64,000 bases of DNA from a virus (taxonomy: Duplodnaviria; Caudoviricetes), in IMG/VR virus record IMGVR_UViG_2529292751_000006, positions 1 through 64,000 of that record. One strand, 5' to 3'. Below the pieces are notes generated by a model that worked only from the letters and a program-made list of their open reading frames with translations, did not search any database and was not told the DNA's origin. Of this stretch, positions 1 to 9,386 are shown piece after piece. The position numbers were made by a program, and so were the translations under genes. Positions within the stretch are counted from its first letter, which is position 1, and each line of letters begins with the position of its first letter.

Positions 1-234
1 TTATTTCTCTTCTTTTTCATCATCTACTATACTAGTATGAGATGTAAGGGCTAATTTTACTTGCGTATATATATTAGAGATAAGTCCTATTAAACTAATT
101 GCAGCAATGATTATGAAATAGATAGTATACCAGTAATTAAAAGGCTTACTTAGAAATGCAAAAATAACTGATAAGATAAGTGCAATTGAATAATATATAG
201 TAGATTTAGCAAGATCGCTTAATGATTTCATCAT
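1..234 (-). CDS. Small membrane protein (2 TM)
   Basis: 77-aa ORF with two hydrophobic stretches; AG-rich RBS; start overlaps the upstream stop. Confidence 0.7.
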   Translation of the reverse strand: MMKSLSDLAKSTIYYSIALILSVIFAFLSKPFNYWYTIYFIIIAAISLIGLISNIYTQVKLALTSHTSIVDDEKEEK

Positions 235-413
235 TCTCTCTCCCTTCTTTTAATCTCAGCTTCTGTTCTTTTAATGCTTGCTAAGGCACCTTGCAGCGCC
301 CAGGATATATTTTGAAAACCTTCAAATGGAAGTCTCTGTCCGTCTTTGAAGATTGTAAATTCTAAAGTGTTTTCATTTATTTTAATTTCATATTCACTAT
401 TATTTAGTGGCAT
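231..413 (-). CDS. Hypothetical protein
   Basis: ORF 231..428; ATG at 413 follows GAGG; tightly packed with neighbours. Confidence 0.6.
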   Translation of the reverse strand: MPLNNSEYEIKINENTLEFTIFKDGQRLPFEGFQNISWALQGALASIKRTEAEIKRRERE

Positions 414-996
414 GGAAGCTTTCCTCAATGATAATTTTTAATACCTTAGTAATTGTTGCGCTTAAATCTCCTTGTTGATTTTGTATAATATGATTACAAT
501 GCTTGCTTACGTTCTTATCCCTATCAATACGATCTAATCTAGCTTTAATTTCCGTCTTATCTCTTCCTTGTTTCATCATTCTATACTCTAAATCATCTCT
601 AGATGTATCAATGAAAATGGTAACAATTTGAGATGAGTCATAGCCTTGTATGCGATCTAAAGATTCTTTTAATTTAAGAATTCCATCCCAATCTATTACA
701 TATATCATTGGTTTCTCTTCAAGTGGTAGTAGCTCTCCTTGCGTAACTCCATAGTAATTATCACTATACAATGTCTTAGCAATCCATAAATTTTCTTGAT
801 CCATTCGTAAGAAGGTATCCTTATTTATGAAATGACCATCTACTCCATCAACTTCCCCTTCTCTTGGCTGCCTTGTTCTATAGGAGATAACTTTTGGTAA
901 ATTGATACTATCAGCTATTGCCGTCTTACCTGTTCCCGATGGACCAATTAAACAAAAAATCTTATTTGACCGGGTTAGCAAACTTGAATTGGTCAT
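400..996 (-). CDS. gmk: Guanylate kinase
   Basis: P-loop GPSGTGKT; SYRTRQPREGEVDGVDGHF and YYG match guanylate kinase GMP-binding motifs. Confidence 0.88.
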   Translation of the reverse strand: MTNSSLLTRSNKIFCLIGPSGTGKTAIADSINLPKVISYRTRQPREGEVDGVDGHFINKDTFLRMDQENLWIAKTLYSDNYYGVTQGELLPLEEKPMIYVIDWDGILKLKESLDRIQGYDSSQIVTIFIDTSRDDLEYRMMKQGRDKTEIKARLDRIDRDKNVSKHCNHIIQNQQGDLSATITKVLKIIIEESFHATK

Positions 997-1210
997 TTTC
1001 AGCCTCCCCTTTTATTGGCTCATTAGGATCTGGAATATTAAACTGATACGTATCTATAAGAGGCGATTGCTCCGCTCCAGTAAGAACCTCTTCAATAATG
1101 CTATTGATTGTTTGTGCGTTTTGAGAAAGTATCTCCAATGCTTGAGTTGTAGCGTATGTAATAGCATCTATTTTCTCTGCATACTGTTCTAATAGCTTGT
1201 TGCGATCCAT
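962..1210 (-). CDS. Hypothetical protein
   Basis: 82-aa ORF in a packed operon. Confidence 0.6.
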   Translation of the reverse strand: MDRNKLLEQYAEKIDAITYATTQALEILSQNAQTINSIIEEVLTGAEQSPLIDTYQFNIPDPNEPIKGEAENDQFKFANPVK

Positions 1211-1212
1211 CC

Positions 1213-1455
1213 TTATATCCCCATTTCCTTTTTTGTTTCGCTAATCTGTTCATTAACAGCATCAAGAATTGTAGAATGACAGCTAAGTGTTGCATTTAAC
1301 ATTTCTTGAACATTTAATCCGTATTTATCTGTAATTGTTCTGATTGCTTCCCACATTTCTTCCCCTGCTGCAACTGATCGTTTTAATTCTTCTTCAGAAA
1401 TAGTAGCTTGTATCATTCCTAGAAGGGCTTGCGTTTGTGCCAAGTATTTTTCCAT
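1213..1455 (-). CDS. Hypothetical protein
   Basis: 80-aa helical ORF with RBS GAGGAG. Confidence 0.7.
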   Translation of the reverse strand: MEKYLAQTQALLGMIQATISEEELKRSVAAGEEMWEAIRTITDKYGLNVQEMLNATLSCHSTILDAVNEQISETKKEMGI

Positions 1456-1652
1456 GATGCATCTCCTCTTTCACTTATTTCACTCATATAAGATTCAATA
1501 TCTGTAAGGTCGCTATATATAAAATAAAAGGCAAACATAAATGCGAATACTGGACTTGTATAATGGTAGAGTGTATAAAAGATTCCAATTAACACTATGA
1601 TTCTAATTTTATGAAGTATGGTAAACCAATTAATATTAATTTGGAGTTTCAT
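1419..1652 (-). CDS. Small membrane protein
   Basis: Two hydrophobic segments; RBS GAGGTG before ATG at 1652. Confidence 0.6.
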   Translation of the reverse strand: MKLQININWFTILHKIRIIVLIGIFYTLYHYTSPVFAFMFAFYFIYSDLTDIESYMSEISERGDASWKNTWHKRKPF

Positions 1653-1676
1653 AATTACCACCTCGTATGATTAATA

Positions 1677-1718
1677 ATAAGTGCGTAAAAACTTGTAAGA
1701 AAATCTTCACGCACTTAT
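1677..1718 (-). terminator. Possible terminator downstream of endolysin
   Basis: 10-bp inverted repeat ATAAGTGCGT/ACGCACTTAT just past the stop; long loop and weak U-tail. Confidence 0.4.
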
Positions 1719-1723
1719 AGATA

Positions 1724-2818
1724 TTACTTGTTCATTTGCTCAATTAATTTACGTTTTGTTTCTGGACCATAGATGCCATCAGCATTACTACAGTAAACAG
1801 ATTGGAAACGATATACAGCATTTACTGTTTTATCTCCATAGAATCCGTCACATCCATGATTAGGTGCACCTTTATCAGGATAGAAATATGCACTTGCTAA
1901 TGCATTTTGTACTGCTCGAACACCTTCGCCACTAGCACCTTTTTTTAGGATTCCATCTGGAAGTGCATTACTTGAACCAGAAGTTGATGTTCCTGAGTTA
2001 TTTCCATAAGGAATGAATTGAACAAATTCAGGATTAGCAGTACAGAATTGACGCTCGCTACCAAGGTTAAACCAATCGCCTTGTTTATAGAAGACAGCCC
2101 ATTCTGTTCCATGATCTAATAATCTTAATGTATTGCCATCCATACCTGGGCGGTCACGGAGTTTTACTGCTGTTGCTGTGATTACTACTTTACCGATAGG
2201 TTCACCGCTACCGCCTGCTGGTGGCTGAGGCTTAGAAACTACAACATCTTCTCCACCATTAATGCAGCTATTATATTCACGCACAATATCTTTTAAAAGC
2301 TGAGAGTAACTTCTACCCATTGTGCGAAGACCTTGGCTAGGATCAACTTTTCGTGCAGGGTCTAAAATTTCATGTCCCGTAATGGAATTAGCTGGATTAA
2401 GACCAAACTTATAACAAGAATAAGCAAGTACCCAAATATAACGCTTATACGCTTCTTCCCCATCAATCTTTCCACCGAAGCACAATTCAACTCCGCCAGC
2501 ATAATCGTTAGCATCGCCACCAAACATTCGATTATCTGTTGTCACATTATAAAGTACATGCCATGCCTTTTCAGGTGTTCCTGTTAAGAATGGAATACAT
2601 TCAATGATTCGCTTATCATCTACAAAAATATGTGCAGATGCAGAAATCTCATTGCGGCTTCTTTGATAATAATCTACATTGTTTTGCGCTGTAGATGTAG
2701 GGTTTCCCGTATCATGTGCAACCATGAATTTAACACCAGGCATTTTAGCACCAGAGCGACGTTTTGATTCAGATGTTAAGTATTGCTTTTCGATTTCATA
2801 TTTTATTTTAAAACCCAT
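1724..2818 (-). CDS. N-acetylmuramoyl-L-alanine amidase (endolysin): Amidase_2 + SH3-like + peptidoglycan-binding domain
   Basis: VAHDTGN, SAHIFVDD, AWH, GVELC, ITGH..DP motifs; C-terminal LKKGASGEGVRAVQ..DGFYG..DGIYGPET. Confidence 0.92.
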   Translation of the reverse strand: MGFKIKYEIEKQYLTSESKRRSGAKMPGVKFMVAHDTGNPTSTAQNNVDYYQRSRNEISASAHIFVDDKRIIECIPFLTGTPEKAWHVLYNVTTDNRMFGGDANDYAGGVELCFGGKIDGEEAYKRYIWVLAYSCYKFGLNPANSITGHEILDPARKVDPSQGLRTMGRSYSQLLKDIVREYNSCINGGEDVVVSKPQPPAGGSGEPIGKVVITATAVKLRDRPGMDGNTLRLLDHGTEWAVFYKQGDWFNLGSERQFCTANPEFVQFIPYGNNSGTSTSGSSNALPDGILKKGASGEGVRAVQNALASAYFYPDKGAPNHGCDGFYGDKTVNAVYRFQSVYCSNADGIYGPETKRKLIEQMNK

Positions 2819-2846
2819 AATTCTTACACCATCTTCCTTAATTTTA

Positions 2847-3419
2847 TTAAGCTACACCTGTACTACCGAAACCGCTATTTTTTCTTTCTAGTTCTACTAG
2901 TTCATCTACCAGTTTCATAGTAGCTACATGGTTTGCTTTTCCTTTGAATAGAGTTCTAAATGCATCAATAATTGTAGAAAGGAATCCTTTATTAGGCTTA
3001 GCAAGCGGTGATACAACTAATTGTGCAATACGATCTCCAGGTTCAATATAAAAGGGTTTATCACCAAAGTTAAATATATTGGCTTGCACCTCTCCTGTAT
3101 AACCTGTATCGATTGTTCCGTAAGCAGCCATTACTCCATTTTTCTTAGTAAGACCACTACGAGGACGTAAATCTCCAGTATGATGCATTGGAATATTAAT
3201 ACCGAAACCTAATGGGAGACAAGCTCTTTTACCAGGTTCAATAACAATTGATTTGTCGATTCGAGCACGACAATCAAAACCAGCGTCACTTGGATATTTC
3301 CGTTGTGGGACAAAGCTTTCATCTGTTGTTTCTATTAGCTTTACGAGAAGATTTCCCTTTAATTCTAGCTCTCGATTTACTTTTGCTTGATAAGCTAAGT
3401 ATGGTTGTGTTAGCTCCAT
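2847..3419 (-). CDS. dut: Trimeric dUTPase with N-terminal extension
   Basis: Motifs AGFD, PRSG, GTIDTGYTGE, GDRIAQL, RKNSGFGSTG. Confidence 0.95.
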   Translation of the reverse strand: MELTQPYLAYQAKVNRELELKGNLLVKLIETTDESFVPQRKYPSDAGFDCRARIDKSIVIEPGKRACLPLGFGINIPMHHTGDLRPRSGLTKKNGVMAAYGTIDTGYTGEVQANIFNFGDKPFYIEPGDRIAQLVVSPLAKPNKGFLSTIIDAFRTLFKGKANHVATMKLVDELVELERKNSGFGSTGVA

Positions 3420-3436
3420 AACTTCCTCCTATTTAT

Positions 3437-3464
3437 AATGTAATGCATTACATTTATTATATCA
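3437..3464 (-). promoter_or_regulatory. Extended -10 promoter (TGaTATAAT) with palindromic operator copy 1
   Basis: Perfect 18-bp palindrome AATGTAATGCATTACATT at 3437-3454; TATAAT on minus strand at 3456-3461; dUTPase RBS follows. Confidence 0.75.
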
Positions 3465-3473
3465 TATATTTTT

Positions 3474-3932
3474 TTATTCTAGTGGAATAGAATCCGTATT
3501 AAATATCATTTGAACGGATAACAGGTCATTAAAATAATTATCATAGCCAGAATGCGAGAATAATTGTGTACTTTTTACACAATTAGCAATAAAGTTGGCA
3601 TGCCCCCTATTACCTTGATTTTGATAATATAGTTGTACAAAAATACCATCACTGTTATCAATAATTGTATTATGTAAATAAGGTTCAATTAACAATGTTA
3701 ATGTAATAACACTAGTTGATAGTCCTCTCATTGGTGGTAGTCTGTAATCATATGGTTGAAACTCTGGTAGAGGTTCCAATTTCCTCTCCACTTGGGCAGA
3801 ACTACAGGCAACTACGTATTTTAAACCATCAATTGTGAATACTGCTGTAACCTTAGAAGAGATAAGGCAGCTTTCTATTTGTTTATTTATATCAAAAGTA
3901 TGCAAATCAATGTACTTTTCAACAAGGTTCAA
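3474..3932 (-). CDS. Hypothetical protein (MEL-type leader)
   Basis: 152-aa ORF, TTG start after purine-rich RBS. Confidence 0.7.
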   Translation of the reverse strand: MNLVEKYIDLHTFDINKQIESCLISSKVTAVFTIDGLKYVVACSSAQVERKLEPLPEFQPYDYRLPPMRGLSTSVITLTLLIEPYLHNTIIDNSDGIFVQLYYQNQGNRGHANFIANCVKSTQLFSHSGYDNYFNDLLSVQMIFNTDSIPLE

Positions 3933-3950
3933 CTTCCCCTATCTCCTTTT

Positions 3951-4295
3951 TTAAATTATTTTGGATCCTATTCCAATCAGGTACGTGAAATTTTCGTGTT
4001 CAGAAATGGAAATATTGGTTATTTTTAGTCCTTTTATCTCTTTTAGACCATTTTCTTCTACAATGGTTGGTACTGCCTTTGCGATATCTTTAACATCTGC
4101 AAGGTAAAGCGCATTCTGAAAGTATGTTTTATCTAATTTAATACTAAGTGCATAGCAACCCATGTAAGCAGGATGCGGGTTTAATGAGACACCCTGCTGT
4201 ATTAGTTCAAATGTTTTACCTTTTTTATCACGAATCCATAATTTATATGTGCAATTGCTTTTCAAGTAGCATGTTACTAACTCTCTTCCTTCCAT
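3951..4295 (-). CDS. Hypothetical protein (MEL-type leader)
   Basis: RBS GAGGTG precedes ATG at 4295 (MEGRELVTCYL). Confidence 0.7.
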   Translation of the reverse strand: MEGRELVTCYLKSNCTYKLWIRDKKGKTFELIQQGVSLNPHPAYMGCYALSIKLDKTYFQNALYLADVKDIAKAVPTIVEENGLKEIKGLKITNISISEHENFTYLIGIGSKII

Positions 4296-4315
4296 ATCTA
4301 TACACCTCATGATTA

Positions 4316-4432
4316 TTAGTAAGGGCGATCTTCATATTTATACTTCCACCAATGCTTAAAATCTCTTACGAAAGTCTTTCGCTTCAATGAACGAACAGTA
4401 ACATGAAATAGATGCTTTATATACGACTTCAT
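4316..4432 (-). CDS. 38-aa basic/aromatic peptide, not in ORF track
   Basis: Manual translation MKSYIKHLFHVTVRSLKRKTFVRDFKHWWKYKYEDRPY; purine-rich RBS; fills the gap after dnaE. Confidence 0.5.
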   Translation of the reverse strand: MKSYIKHLFHVTVRSLKRKTFVRDFKHWWKYKYEDRPY

Positions 4433-4444
4433 ATAATCCCCTTC

Positions 4445-7400
4445 TTATGCTGGCATTTCAACTTCATACATATCAACAAGTAACTTGAAAGAACTAGCTG
4501 TGAGTTTATCTCGGCTCTTTTCTCCTTTGATTGTTACTTTATTGCCTAGTCTTAATGTTTGCTGATTCTTCTCCATCAGATAACCCCATACTGTAATCAT
4601 GATTACTTCTTCTTGAGTCTCTAACGAAAGTGTATAGTGCGTTTTTCCAGTGCGAGCTTTCCAACTTTCTGCTGAGCGAATGATTCCGGTAAATTGAGCA
4701 CTCTTACCTTCTTCTAACTTCTCCCATTTCGACTTGATTGTAATACTTACACCAAAACATTCTTTTTCAAAGTCAACAATGTCACCTTTATTAGTTGTTT
4801 TAGGTATTTGTTCATATTCCTCATTACGAGATTGCATATAGTTCCTTAATAAGAGATTTCGATTTTTACTAAGATTATCGAAAGAACCAGACTTTATTAG
4901 TGCAGTAACTTTAGTCTTATTGACTTTGGACCCATCTACTCTTAGTATCATATCTTCAACAGATTTATATGGGCGGTTATGAATAATTTCATCTACGGTT
5001 TCACCACTTACACCAGCTATACTAGATAACCCATAACGTATTTCTTTGGATTCATTAATGGTTTCTGTTGTGAATTCAGCAAATGAATTAGCTAAGAATA
5101 TATCTTTTGCTTTTGTTTTAATAGGTGTCCATCCGGCCATAGATTCATTAACATCTGGTGGAAGGATAGTAATACCCATCTCTTCGCATTCTTTCATGTA
5201 ATAAATATTTTTAGGTTTTTTATTTTTATCTTTCTTTCCTTCTGAAAACGTTAATAAAGCTGCCATGAATTCAACAGGATAATAACATTTCAGCCATGCT
5301 GTAACAACAGATAACAGTGCATATGCTGCTGAATGTGCTTTATTAAAACAATAGTTACCGAATTTAATCCAATCAATTTTAATCTGTAGCAGCGTCTGTT
5401 CATCAAACCCACGATTAATTGCTCCTTCTACATCTGGCTGTTTCGCATAATCATAATCAACCCAAATGGTAGGCTTTCCTTCATCATTTAATGGAACAGT
5501 GGAATTACCTTCAGCATCTTTTGGATACTGACTAACAAGCTCAGCATGCTTTTTCTTATACTCTTCGCTGCCATAAATCATTAAATCTATCCATCTATTC
5601 ATTAGGTCATGCTTCTTCTTTGATACGCCTTTTCGAATCATATCACTTTGTCCTAAAGTCAATCCACCTAGCACCCTAGAAGCTTGCATGATCTGTTCTT
5701 GATAAACCCAAACACCATAAGTTTCTTTTAAGACTGGCTCTAAAGCATTAAATGGATATTTCACTTCTTCTCTTCCCCACTTACGAGCAACGTATGTAGG
5801 AATTAGGTCTAATGGACCAGGACGCCCAAGTGCAACAATTACAGAAATATCTTCAAATGAGTTAGGTTTCATTTCAGAAATAATCTTTTTAAATAAATCA
5901 GATTCACATTGGAAAATCCCTGATAAATTTAAAGCATTATATACTCGCTCAAATACAAGAGGATCATTAATATCAATATCTCTATAGATATTCATTTTTC
6001 CCCATAAACCTGCAAACTCTAAAGTTTTCTTTACTACATCAAGTGTCTCTACTTTAAGTACATCAAATTTCACAAGGAGCTTTTCAATCCAAACCATATC
6101 ATATTGAGTGGTTTCAATTCCTTCACTATCAGTGCGAAGTGGTGTAACTTTTGTAAGTGGTTCAGGAGAAAGAACAATCCCTCCGGCATGAACACCTACC
6201 TGTGAAACATGACCTTCTAAAGCAAGCATCGCTTCCCACCACTTAGGATACATTTGAGAATATTGCTGTACCATTGATTCTTCAGCATATGCTTCTTTTA
6301 ATGTAATACCTGGTCGTGATGGAATCGATTTTGCGAAAGCATCTTGAGTTGCCGTATCAAAACCAAGTGTTTTCCCTGTACGACGACATACAGCTCTAGC
6401 AGCTAATGTACCTTTTGTCCCTATTTGTGCAACCTTATCAATTCCGTACTTTTGTTTCATATGATTTAAAACAAATCGAGTTCCTTCATAACTGTAGTCT
6501 ACATCGAGGTCAGGATACCCAGCACGTTCAGGATTTAAGAAACGCTCAAATAACAGGTCATATTTAATAGGATCTAGCCAAGTAATTTTTAAACATCGGC
6601 ATACAAGTGAACCTGCTCCAGAACCACGACCTGGTCCTACTAGAAAACCAGCCTTTACAGTGGCATCAATCATATCTTCTTCTATTAAGAAATAATCTTG
6701 GAATCCTTCAGAACAAATAACATCCAATTCATATTGCAGTCTCTTAGAGTATTCATTCACATCAATACCATCTGTTAAAGCCATTTCAAACAAGCCATCC
6801 CAAGCTTTTTTTCTTAATAGCTCTTCAACTGTCTCTGAGCCATCTACAATGAATTTAGGGAATAATGGTTCTTTAGGCAAAGTAACATTTACCTTATCGG
6901 CAATTCTCATGGTATTTTCCCATGCTTCAATATCATTACATTTTGCTAACATCTCTTCTTCTGTTTTCATCCAGAATTCATGAGCATATATAAGTCTATT
7001 CTCATCATCAATACATTTTCCGATAGAGGAAGTTACCAAAACATCATGAATTTCATTATCTTCTTTATTTGCGTAATGCACATCTGTTGTTAATATCTTA
7101 GGTGTATTTGTTTCTGCAGCAAGTTGATCTATTACAGCATTAACGTAAATCTGTTTAGGAATTTCAGTAGCTTGCTTTTCCAAATAAAATTCATGAAACG
7201 TGTCTTTACATTCTTGAATGTGTTCTTTAGCTTCTTCAATGCGTCCTGCCAACACCAATTGGCTAAAATAGCTACCAAGACAAGCAGAAGTAGCAATAAT
7301 GTTATTACCAAGACCCCTATCACGGATATAAGCCAAATCAGTCCGAGGATCAGAATAGAAACCATTGATATGAGCATCCGATACAATTGCATATAAATCT

Positions 7401-7993
7401 TCCAATCCTTTGTTATTGATTGCTAGAAGAACCATGTGAAAGTTCCCGTGATCTATGTAGTCGATAATATCTTTTCTAAATGCTTCAATCTTCTCTTCTG
7501 GTGTTTCTTGAAGTTCAGGAGCTGACTCTTCCTCAAGGTCAACTTCATATACGGAAAACAAATCTAATGTTTGTTCAGGCTCTTGTCCCATGGACATTAG
7601 ATAGTCTTTTAAGATTGTATGAACATCTTCATCAAAAGCATTTTTATCTTTATCTACTTTACGAATAAAGTCACGGAGAACCTTCAACTGAGGCTTTCCT
7701 TTTTTATCAGTCAGCATGTATTTCTTGCATAGTTCAATACGTTTTGCTGCCATTTCTTCTTTTTTTACTAAACGATTTCTTGTAGTGTACACTTCGCAGC
7801 CTGGAATTGGTTTAATTCCATTTGCCAAACATTCTGTAATGAAGTCTGGTATTGCACCGCATACACCATGATCAGTAATACCAAGGGCGGTCATTCCAAT
7901 AGATTTTGCTTTAGCAACTAATTGTTTTACTTTAGCTAATCCATCTAATATGCTTTCTTCACTGTGAACATGTAATTGACATCCTCTGCACAT
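4445..7993 (-). CDS. dnaE: DNA polymerase III alpha subunit (DnaE-type)
   Basis: PHP motifs LHVHS, TDHG, GCE, TDVHY; GPGRGSGAGSL; FERFLNPER..PDLDVD; HAGG; FNKAHSAAY; C-terminal OB-like region; RBS AAGGAG before ATG 7993. Confidence 0.96.
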   Translation of the reverse strand: MCRGCQLHVHSEESILDGLAKVKQLVAKAKSIGMTALGITDHGVCGAIPDFITECLANGIKPIPGCEVYTTRNRLVKKEEMAAKRIELCKKYMLTDKKGKPQLKVLRDFIRKVDKDKNAFDEDVHTILKDYLMSMGQEPEQTLDLFSVYEVDLEEESAPELQETPEEKIEAFRKDIIDYIDHGNFHMVLLAINNKGLEDLYAIVSDAHINGFYSDPRTDLAYIRDRGLGNNIIATSACLGSYFSQLVLAGRIEEAKEHIQECKDTFHEFYLEKQATEIPKQIYVNAVIDQLAAETNTPKILTTDVHYANKEDNEIHDVLVTSSIGKCIDDENRLIYAHEFWMKTEEEMLAKCNDIEAWENTMRIADKVNVTLPKEPLFPKFIVDGSETVEELLRKKAWDGLFEMALTDGIDVNEYSKRLQYELDVICSEGFQDYFLIEEDMIDATVKAGFLVGPGRGSGAGSLVCRCLKITWLDPIKYDLLFERFLNPERAGYPDLDVDYSYEGTRFVLNHMKQKYGIDKVAQIGTKGTLAARAVCRRTGKTLGFDTATQDAFAKSIPSRPGITLKEAYAEESMVQQYSQMYPKWWEAMLALEGHVSQVGVHAGGIVLSPEPLTKVTPLRTDSEGIETTQYDMVWIEKLLVKFDVLKVETLDVVKKTLEFAGLWGKMNIYRDIDINDPLVFERVYNALNLSGIFQCESDLFKKIISEMKPNSFEDISVIVALGRPGPLDLIPTYVARKWGREEVKYPFNALEPVLKETYGVWVYQEQIMQASRVLGGLTLGQSDMIRKGVSKKKHDLMNRWIDLMIYGSEEYKKKHAELVSQYPKDAEGNSTVPLNDEGKPTIWVDYDYAKQPDVEGAINRGFDEQTLLQIKIDWIKFGNYCFNKAHSAAYALLSVVTAWLKCYYPVEFMAALLTFSEGKKDKNKKPKNIYYMKECEEMGITILPPDVNESMAGWTPIKTKAKDIFLANSFAEFTTETINESKEIRYGLSSIAGVSGETVDEIIHNRPYKSVEDMILRVDGSKVNKTKVTALIKSGSFDNLSKNRNLLLRNYMQSRNEEYEQIPKTTNKGDIVDFEKECFGVSITIKSKWEKLEEGKSAQFTGIIRSAESWKARTGKTHYTLSLETQEEVIMITVWGYLMEKNQQTLRLGNKVTIKGEKSRDKLTASSFKLLVDMYEVEMPA

Positions 7994-8015
7994 TCTTTTT
8001 CTCCTTCGCACTTAA

Positions 8016-8363
8016 TTAATCATTTGTTGTTTCAGTAGCTTCTTCATTTGTTGTTGAAGCAGCTTTATCTGATGATTTTTCAGCAAGTCGTTTTAACTGC
8101 TTTGCTTCCGCTTCACGAATACGATTCATAATTGTTGATGTTTGAACAGCAGAAGCTGTAAAAATTAAACCTGTATTAGATGATTGTGTAATAATACTTC
8201 TTGTTTTCTTTCCTTGTGTTAAATCAAGAAAACGACCAGCTTCTTTTGCTTGTTGTAATGCACGTTTAATTGGTGAAGAATCTGGTCGATTTACTGTTAA
8301 AATTTTACCGGCATCTACATAATTTGAAAATCCGATATCTACGAAATGAATATTGTTGTTCAT
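8016..8363 (-). CDS. remA: RemA (DUF370) family DNA-binding regulator
   Basis: IGFSNYV..KI..V..PDSSPIKR..QQAKE.G...DLTQGKKTRSII matches the RemA/YlzA consensus; charged C-terminal tail. Confidence 0.85.
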   Translation of the reverse strand: MNNNIHFVDIGFSNYVDAGKILTVNRPDSSPIKRALQQAKEAGRFLDLTQGKKTRSIITQSSNTGLIFTASAVQTSTIMNRIREAEAKQLKRLAEKSSDKAASTTNEEATETTND

Positions 8364-8384
8364 AAATAAGTTCCCATCCTTTGA

Positions 8385-9299
8385 CTAAATTGAAATATTT
8401 TTAATATACTTATCTATCAATTCCTGAGACTCTTGATCTGGAGGCAAATAATTGTTACGCTCTGTTTCAGTAGCAAGTTCACCATTTGTATCTCCTTCAA
8501 TTACATGAGGAATTGCTTGGTTGTTTTGAATTGCATGTATAACTCTAAAAGAATCATAGTATGCTTTACTGCCAAAGTTAAACGGGATCGGATATCTTTG
8601 CTTGCCATCTCTCTTTATACTGTCTGCATGACAATAAAAATTAAAATCACATTGTGAGCACTTGTAATAACTTGGTGTGTGTTTTGGAGGAATTGGAGGA
8701 GCTTTTCTTTCTTTTGCTAAAGAAATGCACCACTTTGCCTTTTCTTCTAACTGGGCACCTAATCTTTCATCATATGTAAGTAGGTATTCCCATATTTCTT
8801 GTGTATCCTTATTTTCTACAAAGATAATACCTTTATTAATCAATAGACCTTGTTTTCTTACTAAGTGCAAATAGAATGTAAGTTGATCTTTATGTTCTTT
8901 CTTAGGCAAATTATTTTTTGCCATCCATTCAAAGCTTTTACTAAATGCACTTTTTAGTTCTACTAGATAATCTTGACCTTGTGGATTCTCAATACTATGG
9001 ATTCGAATCCATGCATCTGTATGGCCACTAATATCATCTGCTTCAATTTTCATTTCATTTTGCACCAGAATACCCATGTCTTGAAAGAGGTTTTCATATC
9101 TCTCATGAAGAGAATGACCATTTTCAAAAATCCTCATTAACTGATCATCTGGCATACTCTTTGGAAGCATCAACATATCAAAGACTATTTTTCGCTGGCA
9201 CATCCCAATTGTTGAGGGATGTAGCTTCCTCATTGGTCTTGTGCCTTTTTTATGTTGTTCTCTGTAATGTTGATTAATTAAAGGTCCTAATACTGTCAA
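8385..9299 (-). CDS. Cas4-like PD-(D/E)xK nuclease with Fe-S cysteines
   Basis: C in GMCQRK, G..LH, SGHTDA, VELKS, QLTFY and CxxCxxxxxC. Confidence 0.8.
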   Translation of the reverse strand: MTVLGPLINQHYREQHKKGTRPMRKLHPSTIGMCQRKIVFDMLMLPKSMPDDQLMRIFENGHSLHERYENLFQDMGILVQNEMKIEADDISGHTDAWIRIHSIENPQGQDYLVELKSAFSKSFEWMAKNNLPKKEHKDQLTFYLHLVRKQGLLINKGIIFVENKDTQEIWEYLLTYDERLGAQLEEKAKWCISLAKERKAPPIPPKHTPSYYKCSQCDFNFYCHADSIKRDGKQRYPIPFNFGSKAYYDSFRVIHAIQNNQAIPHVIEGDTNGELATETERNNYLPPDQESQELIDKYIKNISI

Positions 9300-9319
9300 T
9301 TACACTCAATCCCTTTGTA

Positions 9320-9368
9320 TGTAATGCATTTCATTATTAATTATACAATAAGAATAGCAAGCTAACAA
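9320..9368 (-). promoter_or_regulatory. SigA-like promoter TTGTTA-17-TATAAT with operator copy 2
   Basis: -35 at 9363-9368, -10 at 9340-9345, TGTAATGCATTTCA at 9320-9333. Confidence 0.7.
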
Positions 9369-9386
9369 TAGAAAACAGAAGGAATA

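Noticed and set aside
3437-3454. Palindrome as a host CcpA cre, PlcR, TnrA/GlnR or Rex site
   Set aside because: It lacks the central CG needed for cre, and half-site spacing differs from PlcR (TATGnAnnnnTnCATA), TnrA (TGTnA-N7-TnACA) and Rex boxes
8385-9299. Cas4-like gene as evidence of a CRISPR-Cas system
   Set aside because: No cas1/cas2 or repeat-spacer array seen; solo Cas4-like nucleases are common in phages
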